From: an uncultured delta proteobacterium
Lineage (GTDB): Bacteria > Desulfobacterota > BSN033 > UBA1163
Reading direction: 5' to 3'
Length of the DNA: 64,000 bases
NCBI GenBank assembly: GCA_963827685.1
Contig: CAWHBU010000001.1
Span: 363,680-427,679, forward strand
The translations under genes and the position numbers were made by a program. Below are positions 32,183 to 41,300 of the stretch, piece after piece (within the stretch, counting starts at the first letter, position 1; each line of letters begins with the position of its first letter). The notes beneath the pieces were generated by a model. That model was given only the letters and a program-made list of their open reading frames with translations, was not told the DNA's origin and ran no database searches.

Positions 32183-32879
32183 TGTTAAACAAATTTCTGC
32201 GGGATACGGCGACATTCAAATCCTTCATAAAATTTCCCTGAAGATCGAAAAGGGAGAGATGGTATCAGTATTAGGGGCAAACGGAGCAGGGAAGACTACT
32301 CTGCTTCTTACACTCTCTGGCATTGTTCAGCCTACAGAGGGGGAGATTTACTTCTTAAATAGACGGATCGATTGTTTAGAACCTCACCTGATTGTTCAAA
32401 AAGGAGTGGTCCGGATCCCTGAAGGGAGAAAGATTTTCCAAGAAATGACTGTGCTCGAAAATCTTGAATTGGGAAGCTATATCAGGACGGCCAAAATACA
32501 TCGGAAGGAGAACTTGGCTAAGGTCTTTACATTATTCCCTCGTCTTGGGGAAAGGAAGCACCAACTGGCAGGGACGTTAAGTGGTGGAGAACAGCAGATG
32601 TTAGCCATCGGAAGGGGATTAATGACACTTCCGCAGATACTGATGTTGGATGAACCTTCTTTGGGGCTTGCTCCTTTGATAGTCATTGACCTCTTTGAGG
32701 TAATAAAGAAGATTAATCAAGAGGGGACCACAGTGATATTGGTGGAACAGAACATGCAACTTGCTCTGTCTACTGTTCAAAGGGGATACGTCATCGAGAA
32801 TGGGAGAATTATTTTGGAAGGAGAGAGTAAAAATCTATTGAGGGAAGATCACATGAGAAAGGCTTATTTGGGGATTTAA
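32175..32879 (+). CDS. livF: Liv-type ABC ATP-binding protein (LivF-like)
   Basis: GANGAGKTT, PEGRKIF, LSGGEQQM, LDEPSLGLAP. Confidence 0.93.
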   Translation: MLDVKQISAGYGDIQILHKISLKIEKGEMVSVLGANGAGKTTLLLTLSGIVQPTEGEIYFLNRRIDCLEPHLIVQKGVVRIPEGRKIFQEMTVLENLELGSYIRTAKIHRKENLAKVFTLFPRLGERKHQLAGTLSGGEQQMLAIGRGLMTLPQILMLDEPSLGLAPLIVIDLFEVIKKINQEGTTVILVEQNMQLALSTVQRGYVIENGRIILEGESKNLLREDHMRKAYLGI

Positions 32880-32897
32880 TTGAAATCTTAGCTTAAG

Positions 32898-33083
32898 GTG
32901 TCGATGGAGGAGTATTTGGGTCAAATTTTAGAGAGATTAGCAAGTCGGTTTGGGGAAAATATTGCCCTAAAATCTTTGAGGGATACGGGTAATCCGACGC
33001 ATCTTCTGTTGTCCTCCAAACTGCATATTGGGTGGCAGAAAACCTGGATCAATAGGGATCTTAATAAATGGCAGCACTTATAA
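32898..33083 (+). pseudogene. Possible N-terminal fragment of an AMP-binding enzyme
   Basis: LGQILERLASRFGENIAL resembles acyl-CoA ligase N-termini; the ORF is short. Confidence 0.3.
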
Positions 33084-33119
33084 AACACCAAGGATAGTCA
33101 TCGCTGTCCCAAATTTAAT

Positions 33120-34736
33120 ATGAAGGATGAGACGAGTCGGGTGGGTAGCAAAATGGGCTGGGAAATTGTAGAGGAAGAGTGGCCGGACTTTAAAGGTAAG
33201 ATTTTTAAAAGCAGGCCGAAAAATGTCGTGGAATTCCTGGAAAATACTGTCAAAAAATATCCGGACAAAGTAGGCTTTATTGGCGGCGACTGGCGTCTAA
33301 CGTTCAAGGAATTTGACGGGATAGTTAACAGGATTGCAGCCGGACTGGAAAAATACGGAGTAAAACGGAGAGACCATGTGGCCTTACTCTTAGGTGTACA
33401 AATGGAATTCCCGTCAAGCTTTTTTGCATTGATGAAACTTGGGGCCATTGTTGTGCCGCTCAATACCCGATTCAAGGGCGAGGAACTGGCCTATGAGATA
33501 AACGATTCCGAGAGCAAGGTGTTGATCGTCGATGAGGAGTATTGGCCCTATATTGATTCTGTAAGGGGGCAACTGAAAACGATTGAGAAGATATTTTTCA
33601 ATGGACCTCGTGTGCCTCAGGGAACGCTTCCTTTTTCATTGTTGAAGGAAAATAGAGAAGATGCATTTACAAGGGCAGCACTATCAGAATCGGATGATGC
33701 TACGATCATGTATACCTCGGGTACCACAGGCAAACCTAAGGGTGCCATACTTCATCAGCGGGGCTTTGTATTAACAGCCATGCTTGTGAGTGACTTTATT
33801 CAATTTGAACCTGAAGATAAGATGATCTGTTGTATTCCCCTTTTCCATATCACAGGCCTCTCCTGCCTAATGCTTCCCCCGATTTTCAGTGGCGTAGCAT
33901 CCGTCTATATGAGGCAATTTAAGACCAAGGATTTTTTGGAGATCATGGCTAAGGAAAAGGTGACGCAGTACATGGGGGTCGTTAACGTTATCTGGCTAAT
34001 GGTCAATCACCCTGATTTCGATCAATATGATTTTTCTTCTTTTCGGATGGCCCTATTCGGGGGCTCTCCTGCCACAGAAGAGATGGTCACGGGTATCTTC
34101 AATAAACTGCCGCACATTCAAATCAGCGTGGGATACGGGCTGACGGAATCCTTCGCTATTGTAACGTCGACACCCTTTGAGGATGCCCTTCGCAAGATAA
34201 AAGCTGTCGGCAAATGCCTTCCAACAGTAGAGGCGAAGATAGTGGATAATGAAGGTCATGATCTGCCAACGGACGGGGTGGGTGAGATCGTGTTAAAAGG
34301 TGCAAAAACCTTTAAAGGATACTGGAAGAAGCCGGAGGCCACGAGGCAAACGATTGTGGATGGCTGGCTCCATACAGGGGATATAGGCAAAATCGATGAC
34401 GATGGCTTTATCTACATATTAGACCGTAAGAAAGACATGATTAACCGAGGCGGAGAAAAGGTCTATTCTCTCGAGGTGGAGAATGTCATCTCAGGACATC
34501 AGAAAGTGCTGGAAGTGGCAGCGGTGGGAGTCCCTGACCAATTTTTGGGCGAGGCAGTGAAGGTAGCAATCGTTTTAAGGCCTGGTCAAACTGCAGACGA
34601 GGAGGAGATTAAGAATTTCTGTTCTCAACACCTGGCAGATTATAAAGTTCCCAAATACGTAGAATTTTTGGATCTGCTACCCAGAAATCCAGCAGGCAAA
34701 GTCATGAAGGGAGATCTTAGATATATTAAAGAGTAA
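33120..34736 (+). CDS. Acyl-CoA synthetase (AMP-forming), long-chain fatty acid-CoA ligase family
   Basis: YTSGTTGKPKG, GYGLTE, GWLHTGDIG, DRKKDMI.RGGE, LPRNPAGK. Start may be ATG 33153. Confidence 0.96.
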   Translation: MKDETSRVGSKMGWEIVEEEWPDFKGKIFKSRPKNVVEFLENTVKKYPDKVGFIGGDWRLTFKEFDGIVNRIAAGLEKYGVKRRDHVALLLGVQMEFPSSFFALMKLGAIVVPLNTRFKGEELAYEINDSESKVLIVDEEYWPYIDSVRGQLKTIEKIFFNGPRVPQGTLPFSLLKENREDAFTRAALSESDDATIMYTSGTTGKPKGAILHQRGFVLTAMLVSDFIQFEPEDKMICCIPLFHITGLSCLMLPPIFSGVASVYMRQFKTKDFLEIMAKEKVTQYMGVVNVIWLMVNHPDFDQYDFSSFRMALFGGSPATEEMVTGIFNKLPHIQISVGYGLTESFAIVTSTPFEDALRKIKAVGKCLPTVEAKIVDNEGHDLPTDGVGEIVLKGAKTFKGYWKKPEATRQTIVDGWLHTGDIGKIDDDGFIYILDRKKDMINRGGEKVYSLEVENVISGHQKVLEVAAVGVPDQFLGEAVKVAIVLRPGQTADEEEIKNFCSQHLADYKVPKYVEFLDLLPRNPAGKVMKGDLRYIKE

Positions 34737-35092
34737 GATGATGATAAGGATTCAAGGGGCAAAGGGCCAAGGATTCGAGTGACACGAAAGAAATGCGTGG
34801 ACTACGTGAAGAATCTGCCGGAAATCGAATAAGATGTAAAAATCAGGACTTAACTTTACGTATACTGTCAAGTCAGGTGGAGCTTTCTTCCTCCTGCTGT
34901 AATAAATGATCGATGGGTTCTATTAACAAGTGTAGATTTCAAATGGTATTGGGTGGGTAGGTATATCCGAAACAGTTCGCCTATACTCCATCGGAGCTAT
35001 TTTATAAATGAACCCTTTATGGAAAATTGAGGGTTGAAAAAAGTATTCTAACAAAATAAAACTCAGGATTATTTGATAATGGAGATTCTACC

Positions 35093-35884
35093 ATTAAGCA
35101 TATCACATCGAAAGATGGCATACCGATTGCGTATGAACGTAGCGGCAAAGGACTACCACTAGTCTTGATACACGGTGCAGCTGCTGATCATACACGTTGG
35201 ACGCCGATCCTTCCGGAACTAGAAAAACATTTCACAGTTTACGCTGTAGATCGCAGAGGTCGCGGTCAGAGCGGGGATGCCGAGCCCTATACCATAGAGC
35301 GTGAATATGAGGATGTGGTTGCAGTCATTGATTCAATTCCTGGTCCAGTGAGCTTACTTGGGCATTCCTATGGTGCCATCTGCTCTTTGGAAGCTTCTCT
35401 TAAGACGTCCAATCTTCGAAAGCTCATTTTGTATGAACCTCCAATACATACTGATGTTAAAAAAAATTACCCTCCCGATGCCATAGACAGAATGAGCTCA
35501 TATTTGCAGGTTGGAGAACGCGAGAAAGCCTTGCTGATTTTTCTGCAAGAGATTGTCGGGATCCCTCAGAATGAAATTAATATGCTAAGATCCCTTCCCA
35601 GTTGGTCTTCTAGGGTATCTGCGGCTCACACTCTTCCCCGCGAGGAAGCAAGTGTAGACTCCTACATTCTCAAACCTGAACAGTTTTCCCATATGGAAAC
35701 ACCCACTTTGTTTCTTCTTGGGGGTGACAGTCCTTCATTCTTTAGAGCTGCGATCGAAACTCTAAAAAAATCTATTCTTAATAGTAGAATTGCAATTATG
35801 TCCGGACAACGGCACGCAGCAATGGACACTGCTCCAGAACTATTCTTAAGTGAGGTTATAGGGTTCCTGAATGAGAAAAAATGA
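35093..35884 (+). CDS. Alpha/beta hydrolase; start uncertain (ATT 35093, or frameshifted ATG 35079)
   Basis: TSKDGIPIAYERSG.GLPLVLIHG lies upstream of the track start; DRRGRG.SGD and GHSYG motifs; in-frame TAA at 35057. Confidence 0.85.
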   Translation: MKHITSKDGIPIAYERSGKGLPLVLIHGAAADHTRWTPILPELEKHFTVYAVDRRGRGQSGDAEPYTIEREYEDVVAVIDSIPGPVSLLGHSYGAICSLEASLKTSNLRKLILYEPPIHTDVKKNYPPDAIDRMSSYLQVGEREKALLIFLQEIVGIPQNEINMLRSLPSWSSRVSAAHTLPREEASVDSYILKPEQFSHMETPTLFLLGGDSPSFFRAAIETLKKSILNSRIAIMSGQRHAAMDTAPELFLSEVIGFLNEKK

Positions 35885-35891
35885 TTGAGCA

Positions 35892-35988
35892 GTTCAACTC
35901 TCAACTTCGCATGTTTTGGAGTCGGCGGCTCGGTGCGGTGCGTCAGCGACGCCACGCTCCGCTCAAATCGAAGGCTTGATTATTGAAC
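35892..35988 (+). other. Degenerate attC-like recombination site
   Basis: GTTCAAC (R'') just after the stop codon; L boxes tcaacttcg/cgaaggcttga; ATTGAAC (R' with one mismatch). Confidence 0.45.
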
Positions 35989-36039
35989 TGCGGTTTACGA
36001 TTAAACTTTAATTGTGCTACTTATGCTATCTTATATAGC

Positions 36040-36620
36040 ATGTGCGATCCGTCCGAGGGACGTTAGACGACTTACTGCCCCAGAATCTCTGTTGACCTTG
36101 ATGAGGTAAGCCGAGTTCTTTTGGTGTGCCCAATGCCTGGGGCGGGATCGGAACGGTCTTAGGGGTTTTCATGGCACGGTCGACCTTGACACACTCCTCA
36201 GGGAATCCGATTTTATCAGTATCCACACCTCTCACTTCTGAGACAGCGAATAGGTTCGGCTACGAGCAATTCAAGAAGATGAATCGCACCGCCTACTTCA
36301 CCAACACGGCCAGGAGAGGATGTGTAGACTAGGCAGGGTTGATTCGAGCCCTGCTAAAGGGAAGGCTCATCCCCCGAGTAGGGATCGACGTAACGGTTGA
36401 CGAACCTATGCCCCCGGATAATGAGCTACTCGCAATAAAGAATGTTGTGCTTACCGGCCATAGTGCCTGATATTCGGTCAAGTCAGAGACAGACCTCTAC
36501 CAGAGACCGATGACCCAGGTGGTCCAGGTCCTCCGGGGGGAATTACCTGTCTACACGGTCAACACCGATGTGAAGATGAAGTGGATGACGCGGTGGGGCA
36601 AGAAGGTGTACGGAGGCACC
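36040..36620 (+). pseudogene. Degraded D-2-hydroxyacid dehydrogenase
   Basis: LLRESDFISIH / PLTSET...FKKM..TAYFTNTAR.G.VD*...DV...EP...NVVLTGHSA*YS, with stops and frameshifts. Confidence 0.8.
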
Positions 36621-36622
36621 AA

Positions 36623-37492
36623 ATGAAAATTGGTCGCTTCTCAAGCAACGGGACCGATTTTGTCGGGGCTGTATTCGGAGAGAAAGTCTTCAACCTTTCC
36701 GAAGCTGCATCACGGACCAGGGAACCCGTGTTATCGGACCTTAGCTCGATTCTCAGACAAGAACGATTCGATGTCACTCACTTTGCTGAGCTTTACAACC
36801 GGGAGAGGGACCGTCAGGAATGCTGGCATCGCCTTGAGAATCTTTCCTTTCTTCCGCTTCTTCGGCCCGGAAAGATCATCTGTCTCGGCCTCAACTATGT
36901 GGAACATGCCCGCGAAGGAAATGTGCCCATCCCGGAGGAACCCATCTACTTTGAGAAAGCGGTAAGCTCGATCATCGCCCATGATCAGCCGGTCATATAC
37001 CCGCCCCATCTGGGGAGGATTGACCCGGAGATCGAGCTGGCCTTTGTCATAGGCAAGCGTGCCCGTGGTATGATGGAGGCTGAGGCAAGAGCCTACATAG
37101 CCGGTTACACGATTCTCAACGACGTGACGGCCCGGGATCTTCAACGAAAGGACATTGGGAATCGTCATCCCTGGTACCGTTCAAAGAGCCTCGATACCTT
37201 TTGTCCTGTCGGCCCCTGGATGGTTACGGCGGATGAGATCGATCCGCAGGAGGCCCTGATGATTCAGCTGCGTGTCAACGGGGAAGTGAGACAAAACTCC
37301 TCGACCCAATATCTTGTTTTCAATGTGCCTATTCTCCTCTGCAGGATTTCGGAGCTTATTACACTGGAGCCGGGAGACATCGTCTCCACAGGGACACCGG
37401 AGGGGATTGCGCCTGTCTACCCCGGGGACGTCATGGAGGCTGAGATCGAGAAAATAGGCATCCTGAGAAATCCCGTAAAAGGGATCGGATAG
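36623..37492 (+). CDS. Fumarylacetoacetate hydrolase family protein
   Basis: KIICLGLNY.EH, PEIELA.VIG, NDVTARD, KS.DTFCP.GP, TGTPEG. Confidence 0.95.
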   Translation: MKIGRFSSNGTDFVGAVFGEKVFNLSEAASRTREPVLSDLSSILRQERFDVTHFAELYNRERDRQECWHRLENLSFLPLLRPGKIICLGLNYVEHAREGNVPIPEEPIYFEKAVSSIIAHDQPVIYPPHLGRIDPEIELAFVIGKRARGMMEAEARAYIAGYTILNDVTARDLQRKDIGNRHPWYRSKSLDTFCPVGPWMVTADEIDPQEALMIQLRVNGEVRQNSSTQYLVFNVPILLCRISELITLEPGDIVSTGTPEGIAPVYPGDVMEAEIEKIGILRNPVKGIG

Positions 37493-37819
37493 TGTCAGGT
37501 GGTGATCCGGTTAGGTTTGACAGAACAGGTCATCGCCGCCAATCCGGCTGTTGAAGGAAAATTCAGGTCACGTGTTCCCCACGGAAGGTTCGGCGAAGGG
37601 GAGGAAGTTGGGAAACCGTTGTCTGGTTTTGCCCGGACAGAGCCTCGTTTGTTACAGGGCATACATGGTGATAGACGGCGGCGCTTTGGCATGAGAACAA
37701 ATTAAGGAGAAAGAATCCCGCCCTGTAGGAGGGGTCCGTTATTTGACAATCCCCCGCCGATCATTTAGTGAAAAAAGAGATTTTCCTTGGTTTAGGAAGA
37801 TGAGGGGGAGACTGAACTC

Positions 37820-38485
37820 ATGAAACTTGATAGAGACCTCTATGCCTACCTCTGGCAAAGTGCTTATGAAAATAACTGCAACACTTATTTGATCCGTGGA
37901 GAGGTAACGGTTCTCATCGATCCTGGTCATTCCCGCCATATTCCCAAACTCTTTCACCAGATGGAAGGAGATGGGGTTTCTCCAGAAGAGGTCGATCTGA
38001 TCATCGTGACCCATTCTCATCCAGACCATTTTGAAGGCCTCGAGACCTTTAAGGATATGCCGGTCAAGATTGCGATGAACCACGAGGAAGAGCGCTACCT
38101 TATGGAGAATGGGAAACTCCTCTTTGACATGATGGGGCAAGCGATGCCTGAATTTCGAATCGATTTCTACCTGAAGGAAGGGGAACTCTATTTGGGTAAG
38201 GAGACCTTTCATATCTACCGGACCCCGGGTCACTCCCCTGGCTCCCTTTCGATCCATTGGCCTGAGAGGATGGTCCTCTTCACGGGCGATCTTGTTTTTC
38301 ATGGGGGCATTGGGAGAACAGACTTTCTGGGGGGCAACTCCGAATTAATAAAGGATAGTATTGAAAGAATGTCCCGTTTGGATACGGAGCTTTTGCTTCC
38401 TGGCCATGGAGAGATGGTGGTGGGGAAGGAGGGAGTGCTTCAGAACTTTGAGTTGATACGACAGAGCTTTTATGCTTATTTATGA
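37820..38485 (+). CDS. MBL-fold metallo-hydrolase
   Basis: THSHPDH, TPGHSPGS, TGD, PGHG. Confidence 0.93.
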   Translation: MKLDRDLYAYLWQSAYENNCNTYLIRGEVTVLIDPGHSRHIPKLFHQMEGDGVSPEEVDLIIVTHSHPDHFEGLETFKDMPVKIAMNHEEERYLMENGKLLFDMMGQAMPEFRIDFYLKEGELYLGKETFHIYRTPGHSPGSLSIHWPERMVLFTGDLVFHGGIGRTDFLGGNSELIKDSIERMSRLDTELLLPGHGEMVVGKEGVLQNFELIRQSFYAYL

Positions 38486-39022
38486 ACCCCTCAATTGTTC
38501 TTTGATTTCCTCTAATTTTATCTTGTAAGAGTGATTTAATTTCTCATTTTCTTTTTTCCAGAGTTCGCTCCCTTCGAGTTTCGGCTCCACCGCACTCCCG
38601 TGGATCCTTTCTTTCCGCAGGCCCTCTATCAATTGGAGCCTCGCCTTCTCTTTGACCTTTTCCTTTTCTCCTTGGTATTGGGAATGGAGGTAGCGAAGTT
38701 TTTGTTTTACCTTGTGAATATTTCTTTGCTCCAATGATTCAATCCCTTTGAGGATCCTTTCCTCTTCATCGTCCAGAGAGAGGGCATCGACCCATTGAGA
38801 GAGAAGAATTTCTTTCACGGTGGTCGCTGTTTTCTTCTCCATTCGCTCGATCTGCTTCAGAATTTGATTCAATGGGAGAAGTCCGTCACGGTACCGGTGA
38901 AAGAGGCTGGTTGCTTTCTGCATGACCTCCTTTTGCTTCATCTCTTCTTTTTCCTTCTCGGAGATGGCAAACTTTTTTGTTCTCTCCATCGCCAATTCTA
39001 AGGTGGATTTAATCTCTCCCAT
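38480..39022 (-). CDS. Conserved helical hypothetical protein (DUF6657-like)
   Basis: MGEIKSTLELAMERT N-terminus and GSAVEP motif. Confidence 0.7.
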   Translation of the reverse strand: MGEIKSTLELAMERTKKFAISEKEKEEMKQKEVMQKATSLFHRYRDGLLPLNQILKQIERMEKKTATTVKEILLSQWVDALSLDDEEERILKGIESLEQRNIHKVKQKLRYLHSQYQGEKEKVKEKARLQLIEGLRKERIHGSAVEPKLEGSELWKKENEKLNHSYKIKLEEIKEQLRGS

Positions 39023-39043
39023 GGATCAACCCTTCTTCCAGAC

Positions 39044-39081
39044 GAAAGAGAGACCCCAGTTATTTCTGGGGTCTCTCTTTC
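39044..39081 (-). terminator. Terminator hairpin after the cold-shock gene
   Basis: gaaagagagaccccag-ttattt-ctggggtctctctttc, perfect 16-bp stem. Confidence 0.75.
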
Positions 39082-39103
39082 ATTTATCCTAACGAGTTTC
39101 CGC

Positions 39104-39307
39104 TTATGCTAGAACCGTCACGTCCGTCGCCTGGGGACCTTTTGGACCTTCTGAGATCTCGAATTCCACCTCATCGCCTTCGTAAAGGGTTTTGAATCCG
39201 TCCTTCTTGATGGCCGAGAAGTGAACGAATACATCGCCCCCATCCTCTCTGGAAATGAATCCGTAGCCCTTCTTCTCGTTAAACCATTTGACACGACCTT
39301 TGGCCAC
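39104..39307 (-). CDS. cspA: Cold-shock protein
   Basis: [31 protein letters not shown]. Confidence 0.97.
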   Translation of the reverse strand: MAKGRVKWFNEKKGYGFISREDGGDVFVHFSAIKKDGFKTLYEGDEVEFEISEGPKGPQATDVTVLA

Positions 39308-39339
39308 TACAACTCACCTCCTCTCTTTTCTGAACTGGT

Positions 39340-39481
39340 GTAAGTTGTAATAGCCTTTGGTCCTTGCTAAAAAGCCACAAAAGTATGAACTCAAACTTTT
39401 GTGGCTTTTTTTACGATCCAAACAACTACTCCTTACAACTTACTGTGGCTAAATTATGTGAAAATCTTTTTCAAAAGTCAA
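39340..39481 (-). promoter_or_regulatory. csp promoter and long structured 5' UTR
   Basis: TTGACT-17-CATAAT (39481-39453); nested inverted repeats at 39340-39443. Confidence 0.65.
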
Positions 39482-39664
39482 GTCTTTTTTCAGAGAGCCC
39501 TGAGAAATGACTAAGTCCTCTCTTGATCACGCAGATTTCAAAAATGGTTAAGAAAAATTTAGGGATTTCTCGAGTTTTCCGAAAATCTCTTTTAATCTGA
39601 AGGAATGGATTTACGGAATGAAACCGTTGAGGCATAATACGTTGAAGAAAAGGACCAAGAAGAT

Positions 39665-40202
39665 ATGTTTTTTAAGACTTGTTTTTGCTGGATCATTCTA
39701 TGGACACTTTTTCTCCCCATTCCCTATTCCTTTTCAGGAGAAATTTATCGTTGGACGGATGAAAAGGGAACGGTCCATTTAACCGACGATAAATCCAAGG
39801 TTCCTGAACGATATGCTGATCAGGCGGAGAGAATAGAGATCCAGAAAGAAACTTTGGAAGAGGTTGAGAAAACCGGACAACCGGAGGAAAGGCCTGACCG
39901 CGTGAAGGATTATTTAGAGAAGATTGAGAAGAAGATAGAGACGAAGAAAAGCATGGAGAAAAAGATTTCTGAGTTGGAGGAAGATTTGAGATTGTCCGAG
40001 GAGAGCTTAAAAAAAATTCAGGAATATGAAAGAGGAATACCTCTATTATCAGCCATTTAGGGACCCGAACACGGGGAAATGGGTTCTTGTCGCTTCGCCC
40101 TTTCATGAAGAGGAGAGGAGGTTAAAGGCCAAGATTGATGCCATCCGAGCTGAAATAAAGTCGATTCAAGAGAAGCTTTCGAAATTAATGAGGAGCTTAT
40201 GA
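39665..40202 (+). CDS. DUF4124-domain exported protein; frameshift near 40030
   Basis: EIYRWTDEKGTVHLTD motif; coiled coil continues in another frame (YLYYQPFRDPNTGKW...) to TGA 40200. Confidence 0.7.
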
Positions 40203-40249
40203 AAAACTATAATTTATTGAAATTAAAACGGAAACCTAATATTTTTTTC

Positions 40250-40278
40250 TTGACACTATAAACATATTGTATTATATT
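40250..40278 (+). promoter_or_regulatory. sigma70 promoter upstream of the RHH-pom-like cluster
   Basis: TTGACA-17 nt-TATATT. Confidence 0.65.
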
Positions 40279-40307
40279 GTATTTCAAATTGTATAGAGGG
40301 GGTTTCT

Positions 40308-40490
40308 TTGGCACAGAAAAAGGTTGCCCGTACCATTTACATTAAAGACGAACAAATGGAGGCCTTAAAGAGGTTATCTGAGAAGACCAAAGTCCCTCAG
40401 TCCGTCTATGTTAGGGAGGCTTTGGATATGCTCTTGGAAAAATATTCTGAACAACTGAAATTCGAATTTAAAGAGTATTTCAAAGGATAA
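40308..40490 (+). CDS. Ribbon-helix-helix protein, CdbA-like
   Basis: KKVARTIYI..EQ...LK.LSEKTKVPQSVYVREALDMLLEKY; resembles recalled Myxococcus CdbA/CdbB. Confidence 0.75.
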   Translation: MAQKKVARTIYIKDEQMEALKRLSEKTKVPQSVYVREALDMLLEKYSEQLKFEFKEYFKG

Positions 40491-40530
40491 CCTCTTTGAA
40501 AGCATCTCAGGGCTGGAATGGAAAGGTAAC

Positions 40531-41283
40531 GTGGATCGTTTCCGATTAAGTTACTTAAAATCAACAGAATTTGAAAGATTGGAGTTTGATGAATCTTTTT
40601 CATACAATGATGCCAGAAAAACGACAAATCCCCCCTCTCTTTCTCCAGAATTCAATATGCCGGAGACTCTTTCCTCCGAAGCCATTCTAAAACAGGCGAA
40701 GGCTGATCTGAAGAATTCCGATTCGAAGATAAGAATCTTGGCGATAAAATACTATTTGGAAAAATCTTATCCCTCCATTCCCCTGTCTCTTCTTCAGGAA
40801 ATTTTATCTGATCGAGACCCGGATGTCAGAGCCGAAGCGCTCCGTTGCCTTATTAAATTTAGAAGCCCTATCGTTTCCCCTTTATTAAGAAAATATCTTA
40901 AGGATAGCGATCCAAGGGTCAGGATCGCTGTCCTCCGAGGAATGCTCCAATATCAAGAAAAAGTCGACCTAAACATCCTTCTTCAATCTTTGAGCGATGA
41001 ATCTCCTTGGGTGAGACGGAAAGTGGCTACCGTATTAGGGTGGACACAAAGAGAGGGGGCCTTACCCATCCTGATAGAATTGTCAAAGGATCAGGACCCA
41101 AAGGTAAGAAGGGCAGCTCTTTTTTCTCTGGTCACCCTTTATCCTGATGAGAGTGAGGATCGTTTGATGGAGGCCATGACCGATTCCGATCCGGGTCTTC
41201 GAAAATGGGCGAAAACGACTTTAGAAAAAATAGCGGCTGGACCGTTGAAAAGAAAAACGGCTTCTCTTACAAAACGAGGTTGA
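40531..41283 (+). CDS. HEAT-repeat protein, PomY-like by position
   Basis: Repeated LxDxDPxVR units; lies directly upstream of the PomZ-like ATPase. Confidence 0.75.
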   Translation: MDRFRLSYLKSTEFERLEFDESFSYNDARKTTNPPSLSPEFNMPETLSSEAILKQAKADLKNSDSKIRILAIKYYLEKSYPSIPLSLLQEILSDRDPDVRAEALRCLIKFRSPIVSPLLRKYLKDSDPRVRIAVLRGMLQYQEKVDLNILLQSLSDESPWVRRKVATVLGWTQREGALPILIELSKDQDPKVRRAALFSLVTLYPDESEDRLMEAMTDSDPGLRKWAKTTLEKIAAGPLKRKTASLTKRG

Positions 41284-41300
41284 GGACGAAAAAAGGATCC

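Noticed and set aside
36460-36475. In-frame TGA (GHSA*YS) as selenocysteine
   Set aside because: The position is typically aromatic (Trp), not Cys, and the gene has other stops and frameshifts, so it is a pseudogene.
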